In this document: one piece after another, positions 1-10,242 of the stretch | Layout of the letters: every line of letters starts with the position of its first letter | How positions within the stretch are numbered: position 1 is the first letter of the stretch | From: an uncultured Trueperaceae bacterium | GTDB taxonomy: Bacteria > Deinococcota > Deinococci > Deinococcales > Trueperaceae | NCBI GenBank assembly: GCA_963815215.1 | Contig: CAWFFU010000003.1 | Coordinates: 288,001 to 352,000 of the forward strand | DNA: 64,000 nucleotides | Reading direction: 5' to 3' | Translations under genes and position numbers: made by a program | The notes under the pieces: generated by a model | Told to the model about the DNA's origin: nothing | Database searches by the model: none | Seen by the model: the letters and a program-made list of their open reading frames with translations, nothing else

Positions 1-286
1 TGATGCGGGCGTTCAACGTCGCCTGTTGGCCGGGCCGGCCCTCGCGTCGCAGGAACGAGCCGGGGATCTTGCCGATGGCGTAGTGGCGCTCCTCGTACTC
101 GACCGTGAGCGGAAGGAACGGCAGCGGCGAGCCGCTGTCGTTCATGTGGGCGGTCACCAGCACCAGGGTGTCGCCGTAGCGGACGGTGACGCTGCCGGAG
201 ACCTGCTTGGCGTACTTGCCGGTCTCGATGACGAGCTCACGCCCTCCGAGTTGTGTGGCGTAGCGTCGGTAGCTGGGTAGATTCAC
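1..286 (-). CDS. pnp: Polyribonucleotide nucleotidyltransferase, N-terminal part (runs off the window)
   Basis: Manual translation [40 protein letters not shown]...[39 protein letters not shown]; follows rpsO. Confidence 0.96.
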   Translation of the reverse strand, partial: MNLPSYRRYATQLGGRELVIETGKYAKQVSGSVTVRYGDTLVLVTAHMNDSGSPLPFLPLTVEYEERHYAIGKIPGSFLRREGRPGQQATLNARI

Positions 287-454
287 GATCTCTCCTTCAC
301 GGTCACGGTGCGGCACGGTCGCGGCCGCGACCCGCGCACGGGCTCACAGCCGACCGGCGAGGCAAACGTGGCCTCGCCGGAAGCGTCCTTCGACGTGGTG
401 TGTGTTGCGGCTTGAACGGGGCAGTCGGGGGTCACGCTCGTCCGTTGCGACCCC

Positions 455-724
455 TCAGCGGCGCAGGCCGAGACTCGCGATGAGTTCCTTGTATCCGTCG
501 TAGTTGGTGCGCTCCAGGTAGCCGAGCAGGCGCTTGCGCTGCCCGACCATCTTGAGCAGGCCGCGCCGGCTGTGGTGATCCTTGGTGTGGGTGCGCAGAT
601 GTTGGCTCAGCTCCTCGATGCGAGCGGTGAGCAGCGCCACCTGAACGGCCGTGGAGCCGGTGTCCTTCTCGTCGCGGCCGTACTTCCGGATGATCTCCAG
701 TTTGCCCGCGGGTTCCATCGTCAT
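455..724 (-). CDS. rpsO: 30S ribosomal protein S15
   Basis: [13 protein letters not shown]...[20 protein letters not shown]...LGLRR; 89 aa from ATG 724. Confidence 0.98.
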   Translation of the reverse strand: MTMEPAGKLEIIRKYGRDEKDTGSTAVQVALLTARIEELSQHLRTHTKDHHSRRGLLKMVGQRKRLLGYLERTNYDGYKELIASLGLRR

Positions 725-879
725 AGATATCAGCCCTTTCAAGGCGTGGATCCGGCACGGATCGGAGGGATAGAGGCGATGCCGAGCCAGAACACTAACG
801 TGGAAGTGTAGCATACCCCTGCCTCGCGGCCCAAACCGGCGCCGTCACGACGTCGCGGGGCGGGGCCGCCACGCGACGT

Positions 880-2829
880 TCAGGGGTGTTGCTCGAACCA
901 CGTCACGATGGCGTCGAGGCGTGCCAGGCGCCGGTCCGGCCGGCCCGACCGCGACAGCTCGTGCCCTTCATCGGGAACGCGCAGGAAGGCCGTGTCGGCT
1001 TTGCCGAGCCGCTTCAAGGCGGTGTACCACTGCTCCGCCTGCTCCATGGGGCATCGGTGGTCCTGTTCGGAGTGGATCACCAGCGTCGGCGTGCTCACTC
1101 TGGCGACGTGTTTGAGCGGGCTCTGGTCCCACAGGCGCTCGAGGTCCTCCCAGGGCGTGCCGCCCTGCTGGCGCTCCACGAACCGGTAGCCGATGTCCGA
1201 GGTACCGTAGAAGCTCAGCCAGTTGCAGATGCTGCGCTGCGTCACGGCGCTTCGGAAGCGCTCGGTCTGCGTGACCAGCCAGTTGGTCATGAAGCCGCCG
1301 TAGCTGCCGCCGGTGAGATGGACCGGGGCCTCCGGCTGGCGGTGACGTTCCGCGGCGTGCTCGGCGATCGCCATCACGTCACGGGCGTCGCCGCCGCCGT
1401 AATCTCCGAGCACCGCCTGGTAGAAGTCGACGCCGTAGGAGCTGCCGCCGCGGGGGTTGCCGTAGACGACGCTGTAGCCACGCGCCGACAGCAGGTGGAA
1501 CTCGAAGCTGAAGCCGTAGCCGTAGTTGGTATGGGGGCCGCCGTGGACCTCGACCACCATGGCGCGGTCGCGCCGCGCGCGCACCGGCGGCAGCGTCCAG
1601 TAGGTCAGCTCCTGCCCGTCGTCGGCGGTGAAGGTCACGGCGTCGGAAGCGGGCTTCAGGCGAACCTCGTCGAGCCAGGCTCGATGGTAGGCGCTCACCT
1701 GGCGCTCCTGGCTGCCGGGTTCGCGCACCAGCAGCTCGGCGGGGGAGGAGGGCGTCTCCACCGTCGTCAGGGCGCGCCCGGCGGCATAGGCGAACGAGGT
1801 CACGGCGCGCTGCCCGTCCATCAGGGGCGTGACGCCGCCCTCCAGCGCCACCCGCGCGAGCCCGCTGGCGCCCTCCCGGTTGAGGTTGAACACGATGCTG
1901 GCGTCGTCGTCCCAGACCGGCTTCTGCGGGTACGCGCCGTAGCGGCAGTCGCCGCTGATGCTGGCCGCGGCCTCGAGTGCGCCGGTCAGCAGGTGCGGCC
2001 GGCCCCCGGCGGCATCGACCACCCACACTCCGAGCGGGCTGGCGATGTCGTCGGACACGGAGGGAGCCAGGAAGGCCAGATGGCGGCCGTCGGGCGAGGG
2101 CGCCGGAGCGCCGGGGGCCAGCAGGTCGGCGACGACCGTCCGCAGCTGGCGGCTGCGCACGTCGAGCGCGTACAGCCCCCCGCGCCAGATGTCCTCCTGC
2201 GCCTCGCTCTCGGCGCTCACGAAGTACAGGGTCTCGCCGTCGGGGGAGAAGACGGGCTGGGAGGCGCTCACCGGCAGGTCGGTGAGCTTCCGGGAGCGGC
2301 CGCTCCGCAGGCTGAAGAGGTGGATCTGGGCGGGTGTGTCCGGTTCGAAGCCCCCGCCGTCGGCCTTGTAGTGCAGCCGCTCGACACGGCGCGGGAGCCC
2401 ACGCTGCGCCGCCACGTCCTGCCAGTCGCCGCGCGTGACGAGTGCCAGTCGCCGGCCGTCGGGGTGCCAGGCGAAGGCCTCGACGCCCGCCGCGAAGCTC
2501 GTCACCACCTCGGCTTCGCCGCCGTCGAGCGGGATCAGCGCGAGTTGCGGCCGGTCCTTCTCGCCGGCGCGCCGCAGGAACGCCAGCAGGCCGCCAGCGG
2601 GCGCGAAGCGGGGCGAGGTGTCGCCGAAGTCACCGGCCGTGAGGGCGCGCTCCTCGCCGCCGTCGAGGTCGATCTGCACGATCCGGGGTCGGTAGCGCGG
2701 GGGCGCGTCGCCGTCGGCCGGCACGATGCGCGTCACGACGGCGGCAGCGAGCTGCGCGTCCGAGGAGAGCTGGGGGTCGGAGACGAAGGCGAGGCTCACG
2801 AGGTCACCGGTCTCGAGGCGACGGGGCAT
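880..2829 (-). CDS. S9 family (acylaminoacyl/prolyl oligo) peptidase
   Basis: Beta-propeller N-terminus, VHGGP, GGSYGG nucleophile, DHRC, EGH; start trimmed to MPRRLETG after a GGAGG RBS. Confidence 0.92.
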   Translation of the reverse strand: MPRRLETGDLVSLAFVSDPQLSSDAQLAAAVVTRIVPADGDAPPRYRPRIVQIDLDGGEERALTAGDFGDTSPRFAPAGGLLAFLRRAGEKDRPQLALIPLDGGEAEVVTSFAAGVEAFAWHPDGRRLALVTRGDWQDVAAQRGLPRRVERLHYKADGGGFEPDTPAQIHLFSLRSGRSRKLTDLPVSASQPVFSPDGETLYFVSAESEAQEDIWRGGLYALDVRSRQLRTVVADLLAPGAPAPSPDGRHLAFLAPSVSDDIASPLGVWVVDAAGGRPHLLTGALEAAASISGDCRYGAYPQKPVWDDDASIVFNLNREGASGLARVALEGGVTPLMDGQRAVTSFAYAAGRALTTVETPSSPAELLVREPGSQERQVSAYHRAWLDEVRLKPASDAVTFTADDGQELTYWTLPPVRARRDRAMVVEVHGGPHTNYGYGFSFEFHLLSARGYSVVYGNPRGGSSYGVDFYQAVLGDYGGGDARDVMAIAEHAAERHRQPEAPVHLTGGSYGGFMTNWLVTQTERFRSAVTQRSICNWLSFYGTSDIGYRFVERQQGGTPWEDLERLWDQSPLKHVARVSTPTLVIHSEQDHRCPMEQAEQWYTALKRLGKADTAFLRVPDEGHELSRSGRPDRRLARLDAIVTWFEQHP

Positions 2830-2839
2830 GGCGTTCCTC

Positions 2840-3580
2840 CTATCGGTCGAGCGGTGCGGAAGCACGCGCCCGCATGACGCTGTACACGAGGATCCCGGCC
2901 GCGACCGAGGCGTTGAGCGATCCGACCTTGCCGCGGACGGGGATTCGCACGGTGTCGTCGCAGCGTTCGCGTACCAGGCGCCGCAGACCGTCCCCTTCGG
3001 AGCCGATCACCAGGGCGGCGTCGCGGTCCCAGTCCACCTGCTCTGGGAGTTGCGCGCCGTCGGCGTCGCTGCCGTACACCCAGACGTTGCGCTCCTTGAG
3101 CTCGGCGATCGCCTGCGGAAGGTTGGGGACCGTCACCAATGGGAGGTGGCTGGTCGCGCCCGCCGCCGTCTTCACCACCACGGGGGACAGGGGGGCGCTG
3201 CGCCGGGTCTCCATCACCACGCCGTGCGCGCCGAGGACCTCGGCGCTGCGGATGATGGCGCCGACGTTGTGGGGGTCGGTGAGGTGGTCGAGCAGCACCA
3301 CCAGCAGGCGCTCGCCGCGCGTCGCGGCCAGCGCGAACACGTCGTCGAGGCTGCCGCTGCGCGGCTCCGGCAGCTCCGCCGCCACGCCCTGGTGCGCGGT
3401 GGTCTTGAGCGCCCGGTCGAGGTCGATGCGCGGGACCTCGTCGAGGGGGACGCCGGCGCGGTCGGACGCCGACCGCAGCTCGGAGAGCGTCTGCTGCTTC
3501 ACGCCGCGCGCGACCAGCACACGCTCCACGCCGCCCCCGCGGAGTGCTTCCAGCACGGCTCTTCGCCCGTAGATGAGCAT
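2840..3580 (-). CDS. rlmB: 23S rRNA G2251 2'-O-methyltransferase (TrmH/SpoU family)
   Basis: HQGV, DPHNVGAIIRSA, IGSEGDGL, SLNASVAAG motifs. Confidence 0.9.
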   Translation of the reverse strand: MLIYGRRAVLEALRGGGVERVLVARGVKQQTLSELRSASDRAGVPLDEVPRIDLDRALKTTAHQGVAAELPEPRSGSLDDVFALAATRGERLLVVLLDHLTDPHNVGAIIRSAEVLGAHGVVMETRRSAPLSPVVVKTAAGATSHLPLVTVPNLPQAIAELKERNVWVYGSDADGAQLPEQVDWDRDAALVIGSEGDGLRRLVRERCDDTVRIPVRGKVGSLNASVAAGILVYSVMRARASAPLDR

Positions 3581-3596
3581 GTCGCGAGTATACGGC

Positions 3597-4496
3597 TCAG
3601 GCGGCCGGCGGCCGGAGCGCCCGGCGGGCCGCATGGGCGTCGCGGGCGAGCTGCGCCTGGAGATCCGCCAGACCCTCGAAGCGCCGTTGCGCACGTAGGA
3701 AGGTATGGAATCGGGTGGTGATCACGGTGCCGTAGAGATCGTCGTCGAAGTCGAAGAGGTGGGCCTCGAGCGAGGGGACCTCGTCGGGGAAGCTGGGCCG
3801 CGGCCCGACGTTGGCCATGCCGTCGAAGGTGCCCTGCGGGGTCTCCACCCGCACCGCGTACACGCCCAGCGGCAGCGCCTTGCGCTCGTCGGTGTGGATG
3901 TTGGCGGTGGGGAAGCCGATGCTGGCGCCGCGTGCGTCGCCGTGGGCCACGCTGCCGCGCACCGGGTAAGGGGCGCCGAGCAGGGCGTTGGCGCGCGCGA
4001 TGTGTCCCTGCGCCAGGTGGTCGCGGACGTGCGACGACTTGACCACTTCCCCCTCGAGGGTCTTCAGGCCGAAGGCTTCGAGCCGATCCGCGATAGGGGA
4101 TAGATCGTTCAGTCCGCCTTCGCGATCGTGCCCGAAGCGGAAGTCTTCGCCCACGATGATGGCGTGCGGCGTCAGCGCGCGCAGCTGGTCCGTGAAGCTT
4201 CTCTTGTCGGTGCGCGCGTATTCGCGCGAGAAGGGGACCATGGCCACCACGTCGGGTCGGTAGGGCTGCAGCAGGTCGAGCTTCTCCTCGGCGCTGTTGA
4301 GGAACGTGGCATGGCCGAACACCACCTTGGCGGGAGGGAAGAAGGTCAGCACCATGGCCGGCCGCCCGCTGGCATCGGCGAGCTCGCGCATCCGGTCGAG
4401 CAGCATCCTGTGACCGAGATGGACCCCGTCGAAGTTGCCGATGGAGAGGACGACGCCCTCGAGCGCGGCGGCGTCCGGGCTGTCGACCACCCTCAC
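3597..4496 (-). CDS. ribF: Bifunctional riboflavin kinase/FAD synthetase
   Basis: IGNFDGVHLGH, GEDFRFG, GFPTAN, EAHLFDF; GTG start overlaps the NUDIX stop (GTGA). Confidence 0.95.
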   Translation of the reverse strand: MRVVDSPDAAALEGVVLSIGNFDGVHLGHRMLLDRMRELADASGRPAMVLTFFPPAKVVFGHATFLNSAEEKLDLLQPYRPDVVAMVPFSREYARTDKRSFTDQLRALTPHAIIVGEDFRFGHDREGGLNDLSPIADRLEAFGLKTLEGEVVKSSHVRDHLAQGHIARANALLGAPYPVRGSVAHGDARGASIGFPTANIHTDERKALPLGVYAVRVETPQGTFDGMANVGPRPSFPDEVPSLEAHLFDFDDDLYGTVITTRFHTFLRAQRRFEGLADLQAQLARDAHAARRALRPPAA

Positions 4497-4984
4497 GGCT
4501 GGATCCCGAGGCGGGCCAGCGCGTGACGCAGGCCGAGCAGCGTCACGCCGCTGGTGGAGAGTTCCCCGCTCTTCACGGCGTTCCACAGCTCGAGCGCGTC
4601 GCGCCACTCGACGTGCAGTTCCTCACCCTCGTCCGGAGTGCCGTGGACGCTGTGGACGTCATGGGCCTCGAACAGGTGGATGCACTCGTCGCTGAAGCCG
4701 GGGGAGGCGTACAGGCGGGTGAGCAGGGTCAGGCGCCCGCCGAGCTGCGTCTCCTCGGCGAGCTCGCGACGCGCCGCTTCCTCCGGGCGCTCGCCGGGAT
4801 CGATGAGGCCGGCCGGCAGCTCCCAGGTGACGGCGTGCACGGCCGGCCGCTGTTGCACCACGCCCAGCACGCTAGGCCCGCGCTGGACCAGTACGGCGAC
4901 GGCGTCCGGGTGCTCGACGACCTCCCAGCGCTCGTCGAGCACAGCGACCGTGATGATCCTGCCGCGGAAGACCTCGTTTCGCAC
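4493..4984 (-). CDS. NUDIX hydrolase (ADP-ribose pyrophosphatase-like)
   Basis: Nudix box ELPAGLIDPGERPEEAARRELAEETQ; SPGF motif. Confidence 0.88.
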   Translation of the reverse strand: MRNEVFRGRIITVAVLDERWEVVEHPDAVAVLVQRGPSVLGVVQQRPAVHAVTWELPAGLIDPGERPEEAARRELAEETQLGGRLTLLTRLYASPGFSDECIHLFEAHDVHSVHGTPDEGEELHVEWRDALELWNAVKSGELSTSGVTLLGLRHALARLGIQP

Positions 4985-5050
4985 GACCGCCAGCCTACCA
5001 GAACGGCCCCCGGCGCGCCTTCTCGCCGGGGGCCGCGATGGGACGTGGAC

Positions 5051-6121
5051 TCAGTTCTCGGGGCTGTCGGGGTTGTAGCGCAGGAACGCGGGGATGTCGT
5101 AGTTGCTCGGGTCGTAGCTACGCCCCCCGGCGGCCGCGCGCAGATGCGTGGGGCGGAGCACCTTCACCTGCGGCGACTGGTCGAACCCGGCAGCGATGAC
5201 GGTCACGCGCACCTCGTCGGCGGCGTCCTCGTCGTAGGTGACACCGAAGAGCACGTTGACGTCCTCGACCTCGGTGGCCTCGCTGATCTTCTCGACGATC
5301 TCGTGGGCGTCGAAGAGCGTCAGGTCCTCGGAGCCGGTGATGTTGATGAGCAGGTGCCGCGCGCCTTCCACCCCGCGGGCCAGCAGCGGGCTGTGGGTGG
5401 CGCTGTTCGACGCCTCGTCGGCGAGCTTCTCGCCGCGGCCGGCGCCGATGCCCATCAGCACCGTGCCTGCGCCCTGCAACAGCGTCTTGACGTCGGCGAA
5501 GTCGACGTTGATCAGGCCCGGGACGTTGATGACGTCGCTGATGCCGCGCACGCCGTGGTAGAGCACCCGGTCGGCGACGCGGAAGGCGTCAGTGAGCTTC
5601 ACCTTGCGGTCGAGGGCCGACAGCAGGCGCTGGTTCTCGACCACGATGAGCGCGTCGACCTTGTCCTCGAGCTTGCGCAGGCCTTCGTCGGCCTGGCGCA
5701 TGCGCTTGGGTCCCTCGAACATGAACGGGGTGGTGACCACGGCCACCGTCAGCGCCCCGAGCTCGCGGGCCACCTCGGCCACGACCGGAGCACTGCCCGT
5801 GCCGGTGCCGCCGCCCATGCCGGCGGTGATGAACACCAGGTCGCAGCCGCGGAGCGTCTCGGCGATGCGGTCGCGGTCCTCGAGCGCTGCCTGCTCGCCG
5901 ATCTCCGGGTTGGCGCCGGCGCCCAGGCCCTTGGTGATGTGATCGCCCATCTGGATGCGGGTGTCGGCCAGGCTGGTGGCGAGCACCTGCGCGTCCGTGT
6001 TGGCGGCGACGAACTCGACGCCCTTGAGACCGGTCTCGATCATGCGGTTGACGGCGTTGTTGCCGCCTCCACCCAGACCGATGACCCGAATGACCGCGTT
6101 CTCGCTCTGATTCATGCTCAC
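5051..6121 (-). CDS. ftsZ: Cell division protein FtsZ (alternative start at 6115)
   Basis: GGGGNNA, GMGGGTGTG tubulin signature, INVDFAD, C-terminal DIPAFLR. Confidence 0.99.
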   Translation of the reverse strand: MSMNQSENAVIRVIGLGGGGNNAVNRMIETGLKGVEFVAANTDAQVLATSLADTRIQMGDHITKGLGAGANPEIGEQAALEDRDRIAETLRGCDLVFITAGMGGGTGTGSAPVVAEVARELGALTVAVVTTPFMFEGPKRMRQADEGLRKLEDKVDALIVVENQRLLSALDRKVKLTDAFRVADRVLYHGVRGISDVINVPGLINVDFADVKTLLQGAGTVLMGIGAGRGEKLADEASNSATHSPLLARGVEGARHLLINITGSEDLTLFDAHEIVEKISEATEVEDVNVLFGVTYDEDAADEVRVTVIAAGFDQSPQVKVLRPTHLRAAAGGRSYDPSNYDIPAFLRYNPDSPEN

Positions 6122-6142
6122 GTCCTCACGCTCCCCACCGGC

Positions 6143-7381
6143 TCAGAAGAAATCCTTCAGGATATTCCGGATGCTCGAAAAGATGCCTCCCGCACGGTCG
6201 TCCTCTTTGGCGTGACGCTGCGGGCCAGGGGGCTGGCTCCCCAGCTGCGTCATCCCGTACCGCACCAGGCCGACGGCCGTGGCGTGGGCCGGGCTGGCGA
6301 CGACGTCCGCCAGGCCCGAGACCCCCTCGGGCTTGCCGATGCGCACCGGCAAGCGGAAGCGATCGGTCGCCACCTGCTCGATCCCCGGCATCAGGGAGGC
6401 GCCTCCCGTCACCACCACGTTGCCGGCCAGGAGCTCCAGCGCGCCCATGCGCTGCTCGATGTTGCGCTTCACGAGGTCGAGGATCTCGATGACGCGAGGT
6501 TTGATGACCTGCGCCAGCTCGAACGTCGAGATGCTGGCGGTGTAACTCGGGTTGGCTACTTCCAGCTCGACGTCGCGATCGGCCAGCTCGGGCAGCGCCA
6601 CGCCGTAGCGGCGCTTCACACGCTCGGCCTCGTCGGGCGGGATGCGCAGAAGCTGGCTGATGTCCTGCGTGATGTGGTCGCCGCCCAGCGGGATGACCGC
6701 CGAGTGGGCGAGGGTGCCCCGCCGGAACACGCCGACGTCGGTGGTGCCGCCGCCGATGTCGATGAGCAGCGTGGTGAGTTCCTGCTCGCCGTTGTTGAGC
6801 ACGGCCAGCCCGGAAGCCAGCGCCTGCACCACCAGGCCGTCGACGCCGACGCCGGCGTCGCCGGCGCAGCGCTTGAGGTTCTGGAGCGGCCCCTGCGCGC
6901 CGGCCACGATGTGGACGTCGACCTCGAGCCGCACACCGGACATGCCGACCGGGTCCTTGATGCCGTCGTTGCCGTCGACCACGTACTCCTGGGGGATGAC
7001 GTGGATCATCTCCATGTTGGCTTCCAGCGGCACCGCGCGGGCGTTCTCGATGGTTCGCTCGATGTCGGCGCGCGTCACCTGCTGGCCCCGGCGGATCGCC
7101 GCCATGCCGTGGCTGGTGAGCGCCTTCAGGTGGCTGCCCGCCACGCCGACCCAGGCCGAGGTGACGGGCACGCCCGCCACGCGTTGTGCCGCGGCCACCG
7201 ATTGACGCACGGAGGCGATGGTGCGCTCGAGGTTGACGACCACGCCCTTGCGCAGGCCGTCGCTCGGCACCGTTCCCTCGCCGATGATGTCGAGCACGCC
7301 GTCGGACGCCACCTCGCCGATCACGGTGCAGATCTTGGTGGTCCCGATGTCTAGCCCGACGATGATCCGTTCGTCACTCAT
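6143..7381 (-). CDS. ftsA: Cell division protein FtsA
   Basis: GLDIGTTK, DIGGGTTD, VTGGAS; amphipathic C-terminus. Confidence 0.98.
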   Translation of the reverse strand: MSDERIIVGLDIGTTKICTVIGEVASDGVLDIIGEGTVPSDGLRKGVVVNLERTIASVRQSVAAAQRVAGVPVTSAWVGVAGSHLKALTSHGMAAIRRGQQVTRADIERTIENARAVPLEANMEMIHVIPQEYVVDGNDGIKDPVGMSGVRLEVDVHIVAGAQGPLQNLKRCAGDAGVGVDGLVVQALASGLAVLNNGEQELTTLLIDIGGGTTDVGVFRRGTLAHSAVIPLGGDHITQDISQLLRIPPDEAERVKRRYGVALPELADRDVELEVANPSYTASISTFELAQVIKPRVIEILDLVKRNIEQRMGALELLAGNVVVTGGASLMPGIEQVATDRFRLPVRIGKPEGVSGLADVVASPAHATAVGLVRYGMTQLGSQPPGPQRHAKEDDRAGGIFSSIRNILKDFF

Positions 7382-7973
7382 GTGCCTTGCTCACTCCCCA
7401 CGGATACACTGCAACGCGCCCCCCGCGGTGACTCTCGAAGGCGGCCCACTGCTTCTCCAAGGCCTCCGCACTCGGTGTGAAAAGAGACGTCCCCGTCAAT
7501 TGAATCTCGAATCCTTCTGGCGAGTAGCTTATCACCTTGGGCCCGTAGGGATGCAGGAGGCGCAGCAGCGTCATGACCTCGTCGAACCGTGGCGGCCCCC
7601 AGCCTTCGAGTCTCGGCAGCGTGGCCCGAACGTCGGCGGGAACTCCCGGCAGCACGGTTCCGTCGCTGGCCCAGGTGGTGGTGCCGTCGGTGAGCGCGGG
7701 GTGGCGCTCCCAGATCATGATGGAGACGGTGTCGGGCCAGTGCCGGATGACCCGGACCCTGCGCACCCAGGGGGCGTGCGCCAGGTGCCGCAGCCGGTAG
7801 CTGGTCACCCACAGGATGGGATCGCCGGGCGCGACGTCGGCGAGCTTCAGGACCTGGGCGCGCGTCAGGTGCTCGGTGCCGCTCACCTCGACCCGCACGA
7901 TGGCGGGCACGAAGCGGCTGGTGATCAGGACGGCGGCCGCGACCAGGAGCAGCACGATCAACAGCGCGCGCAT
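7374..7973 (-). CDS. ftsQ: FtsQ/DivIB POTRA-domain protein
   Basis: N-terminal TM, VEVSG...PWVRRVRVIRHWPDTVSI; lies between murB and ftsA. Confidence 0.85.
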   Translation of the reverse strand: MRALLIVLLLVAAAVLITSRFVPAIVRVEVSGTEHLTRAQVLKLADVAPGDPILWVTSYRLRHLAHAPWVRRVRVIRHWPDTVSIMIWERHPALTDGTTTWASDGTVLPGVPADVRATLPRLEGWGPPRFDEVMTLLRLLHPYGPKVISYSPEGFEIQLTGTSLFTPSAEALEKQWAAFESHRGGRVAVYPWGVSKAHE

Positions 7974-7988
7974 GCCGGACCTCCCACG

Positions 7989-8819
7989 TCAGAACCCCCA
8001 CCTGCGCCACTCCAGTTCCAGCGGGACCGGAGTGCGGCGGCGGATCTGCTCGAGCAGCTCGCACACGTCGCGGGCGGTGGCGGCGCCCAGGTTGACGATG
8101 AAGTTGCCGTGCTCGAGGGCCACCATGGCGTCGCCGACGCGCAGCCCCTTGAGGCCCGCGGCGTCGATCACCCGCCCGGCGCTGTCGCCGGGAGGGTTCT
8201 TGAATGCACATCCGGCCGACTTGATCTTGGGTTGGCCCTTGCGCGCTGCGTCCACCACGGTCATGCGCGCCTGCACCGCGTCGGGCTCCGAGGGGCTCAA
8301 CCGCAGGCGGGCGCGCGTAACCACCGCGCCGTCGGGCAGCTCGACGTGGCGGTACGCCAGCGCCAGGGCGTCCGCCGGCACGCGTTCGAGTCCGCCGTTG
8401 ACGAACAGCTCGACCTCCTGCAGGGTGTCGCCGATCTCGCCGAAACGGGTGCCGGCATTCATCGCCACCGCGCCGCCCAGCACCGCCGGAACGCCGAGCA
8501 GGCCCTCCAGGCCGGAGAGGCCGAGCCTCTGGGCGCGGCGGACCAGGCCCGGCAGCGGCGTGGCCGCTCCCAGCCACAACTCGCGACCGCCGTCGACCGC
8601 GCGCAGGTCGTTGAACGCCGGGCCGAGGCGGACGACCCGCTCCGGGATCCCGGCGTCGGCGACCAGCAGGTTGGATCCCGCGCCGATGACGCGGTAGGGC
8701 TCCCGGGTGGCCTCGGCCAGGCCCTCAGCGTCCTCGACTTCCCACAACTCGGCGGGCCCGCCGACCTTGAGGGTGGTGAGGTCGCGGAGCTCGACCGGAC
8801 GGACGCTAGCGTGCGGCAT
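7989..8819 (-). CDS. murB: UDP-N-acetylmuramate dehydrogenase
   Basis: TTLKVGGPA, GAGSNLL, MNAG, SAGCAFKNP, HGNFIVN. Confidence 0.96.
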   Translation of the reverse strand: MPHASVRPVELRDLTTLKVGGPAELWEVEDAEGLAEATREPYRVIGAGSNLLVADAGIPERVVRLGPAFNDLRAVDGGRELWLGAATPLPGLVRRAQRLGLSGLEGLLGVPAVLGGAVAMNAGTRFGEIGDTLQEVELFVNGGLERVPADALALAYRHVELPDGAVVTRARLRLSPSEPDAVQARMTVVDAARKGQPKIKSAGCAFKNPPGDSAGRVIDAAGLKGLRVGDAMVALEHGNFIVNLGAATARDVCELLEQIRRRTPVPLELEWRRWGF

Positions 8820-10242
8820 GCGGCACCCCGTCACCGTCGCTCGCGTCGCTGCTCGCCTCGTCGCCGTGCGCTCCGTCGGGCGGCTCGTGCGCGGCGAGCG
8901 CGCGCGCCACACGCCACACGTCGCCCGCTCCGAGCGTGACGATGAGGTCGCCTGCGCGCAAGGTGGCGGCCAGGTAGGCCTCGGCCGAGGCCAGGTCGTG
9001 ATGCGAGGCGGGCACGCCTTGCTCGCGTACCCGCGCCACGATGGCCTCCACCGAGACCCCTGCGATGGGAGCCTCCCCGGCGGCGTAGATGTCGAGAACG
9101 ATCACCTCGTCGGCCAGCGCGGCGGCGTCGGCCAGGGCCCGCCAGTGGCGTGCGGTGCGGACCCAGCGGTGCGGTTGCAGTACGGCACGCACGCGCCGAC
9201 CGGTGGCGCGGGCGGTACGCAGGGTGGCGGCGACCTCGGTCGGGTGGTGCGCGTAGTCGTCGACGATCAGGGCGCCGCCGGGCTCGCCCCAGCGCTCCCA
9301 GCGCCGCCCCACGCCGCCGTAGGCGGCGAGCGCGCTCAGCCCGCCGGTGGCGTCGTAGCCGGCCAGCTCGACGGCGGCCAGGGCGCCGGCGGCGTTGAGG
9401 GCGTTGTGTTGACCGGGCACGGCCAGGGACACCTCGAGCGGGGGCCGCTCGGGCCGGGTGAGCCGGAAGCGGCTGCGCGCTTCCGAGAGCTCGAGCCCTT
9501 CGAGCCGGAAGTCCGCTCCGTCGGCCTCGCCGTAGGTGACGGCGCAGGGGTGGCCTTCGAAGAGGCTGTCCAACCCGCGCCAGTCCGCGCAGTACAGCAG
9601 CGTCCGACCGTTGGCGGCGAAGCGTCGGGCCGCTTCCTGGAGGTCCTCCAGGCTGGCGTGGTAGTTGCGTCGCTCATCGTACGGGCCGGCGATGTGGTCG
9701 TCCTCGAGGTTGGTCATCACCGCGACCGAGGAACTCAGGAGCGCGAAGCCGGGGTCGGACTCGTCGACCTCGGCCACCAGATCGGGACCCTCCCCGAAGC
9801 GGACGTTGCCGTCGATCGTGGGCAGGCGAGCGCCGATCTGCACCGACGGGTCGACGCCCAGTCCCAGCAGGACGGTCGCGGCCATGCCGGTGGTCGTGCT
9901 CTTGCCGTGGGTGCCTGAGATCGCGATGGTCCGGCGCGCCGCGAACAGCTCGGCCAGCAACTCGATGCGCTTCATCACGCGGGCGCCGCGGCGTCGGGCG
10001 GCGACCAGCTCGGGGTGGTCCGCGGCGATGGCCATGCTGTGCACCACCACGTCGGCGTCGTCGGCGTGGGCGGGGTCGTGCCCCCGGTGCACCTCGATGC
10101 CGCGCGCGGCGAGCAACTCCAGCACCGGACCGTCCAGCGCGTCGCAGCCGCTCACGTGGTAGCCCTCGCGCGCGAACCACAGCGCGAGCGCGTGCATGCT
10201 CACGCCGCCGACGCCGACGAAGTGGAGGTGGCGCGCGTTCAC
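8806..10242 (-). CDS. murC: UDP-N-acetylmuramate--L-alanine ligase
   Basis: HFVGVGGVSM, GTHGKSTTT, EVDESD, DDYAHHPTE, QPHR. Confidence 0.96.
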   Translation of the reverse strand: MNARHLHFVGVGGVSMHALALWFAREGYHVSGCDALDGPVLELLAARGIEVHRGHDPAHADDADVVVHSMAIAADHPELVAARRRGARVMKRIELLAELFAARRTIAISGTHGKSTTTGMAATVLLGLGVDPSVQIGARLPTIDGNVRFGEGPDLVAEVDESDPGFALLSSSVAVMTNLEDDHIAGPYDERRNYHASLEDLQEAARRFAANGRTLLYCADWRGLDSLFEGHPCAVTYGEADGADFRLEGLELSEARSRFRLTRPERPPLEVSLAVPGQHNALNAAGALAAVELAGYDATGGLSALAAYGGVGRRWERWGEPGGALIVDDYAHHPTEVAATLRTARATGRRVRAVLQPHRWVRTARHWRALADAAALADEVIVLDIYAAGEAPIAGVSVEAIVARVREQGVPASHHDLASAEAYLAATLRAGDLIVTLGAGDVWRVARALAAHEPPDGAHGDEASSDASDGDGVPHAAR

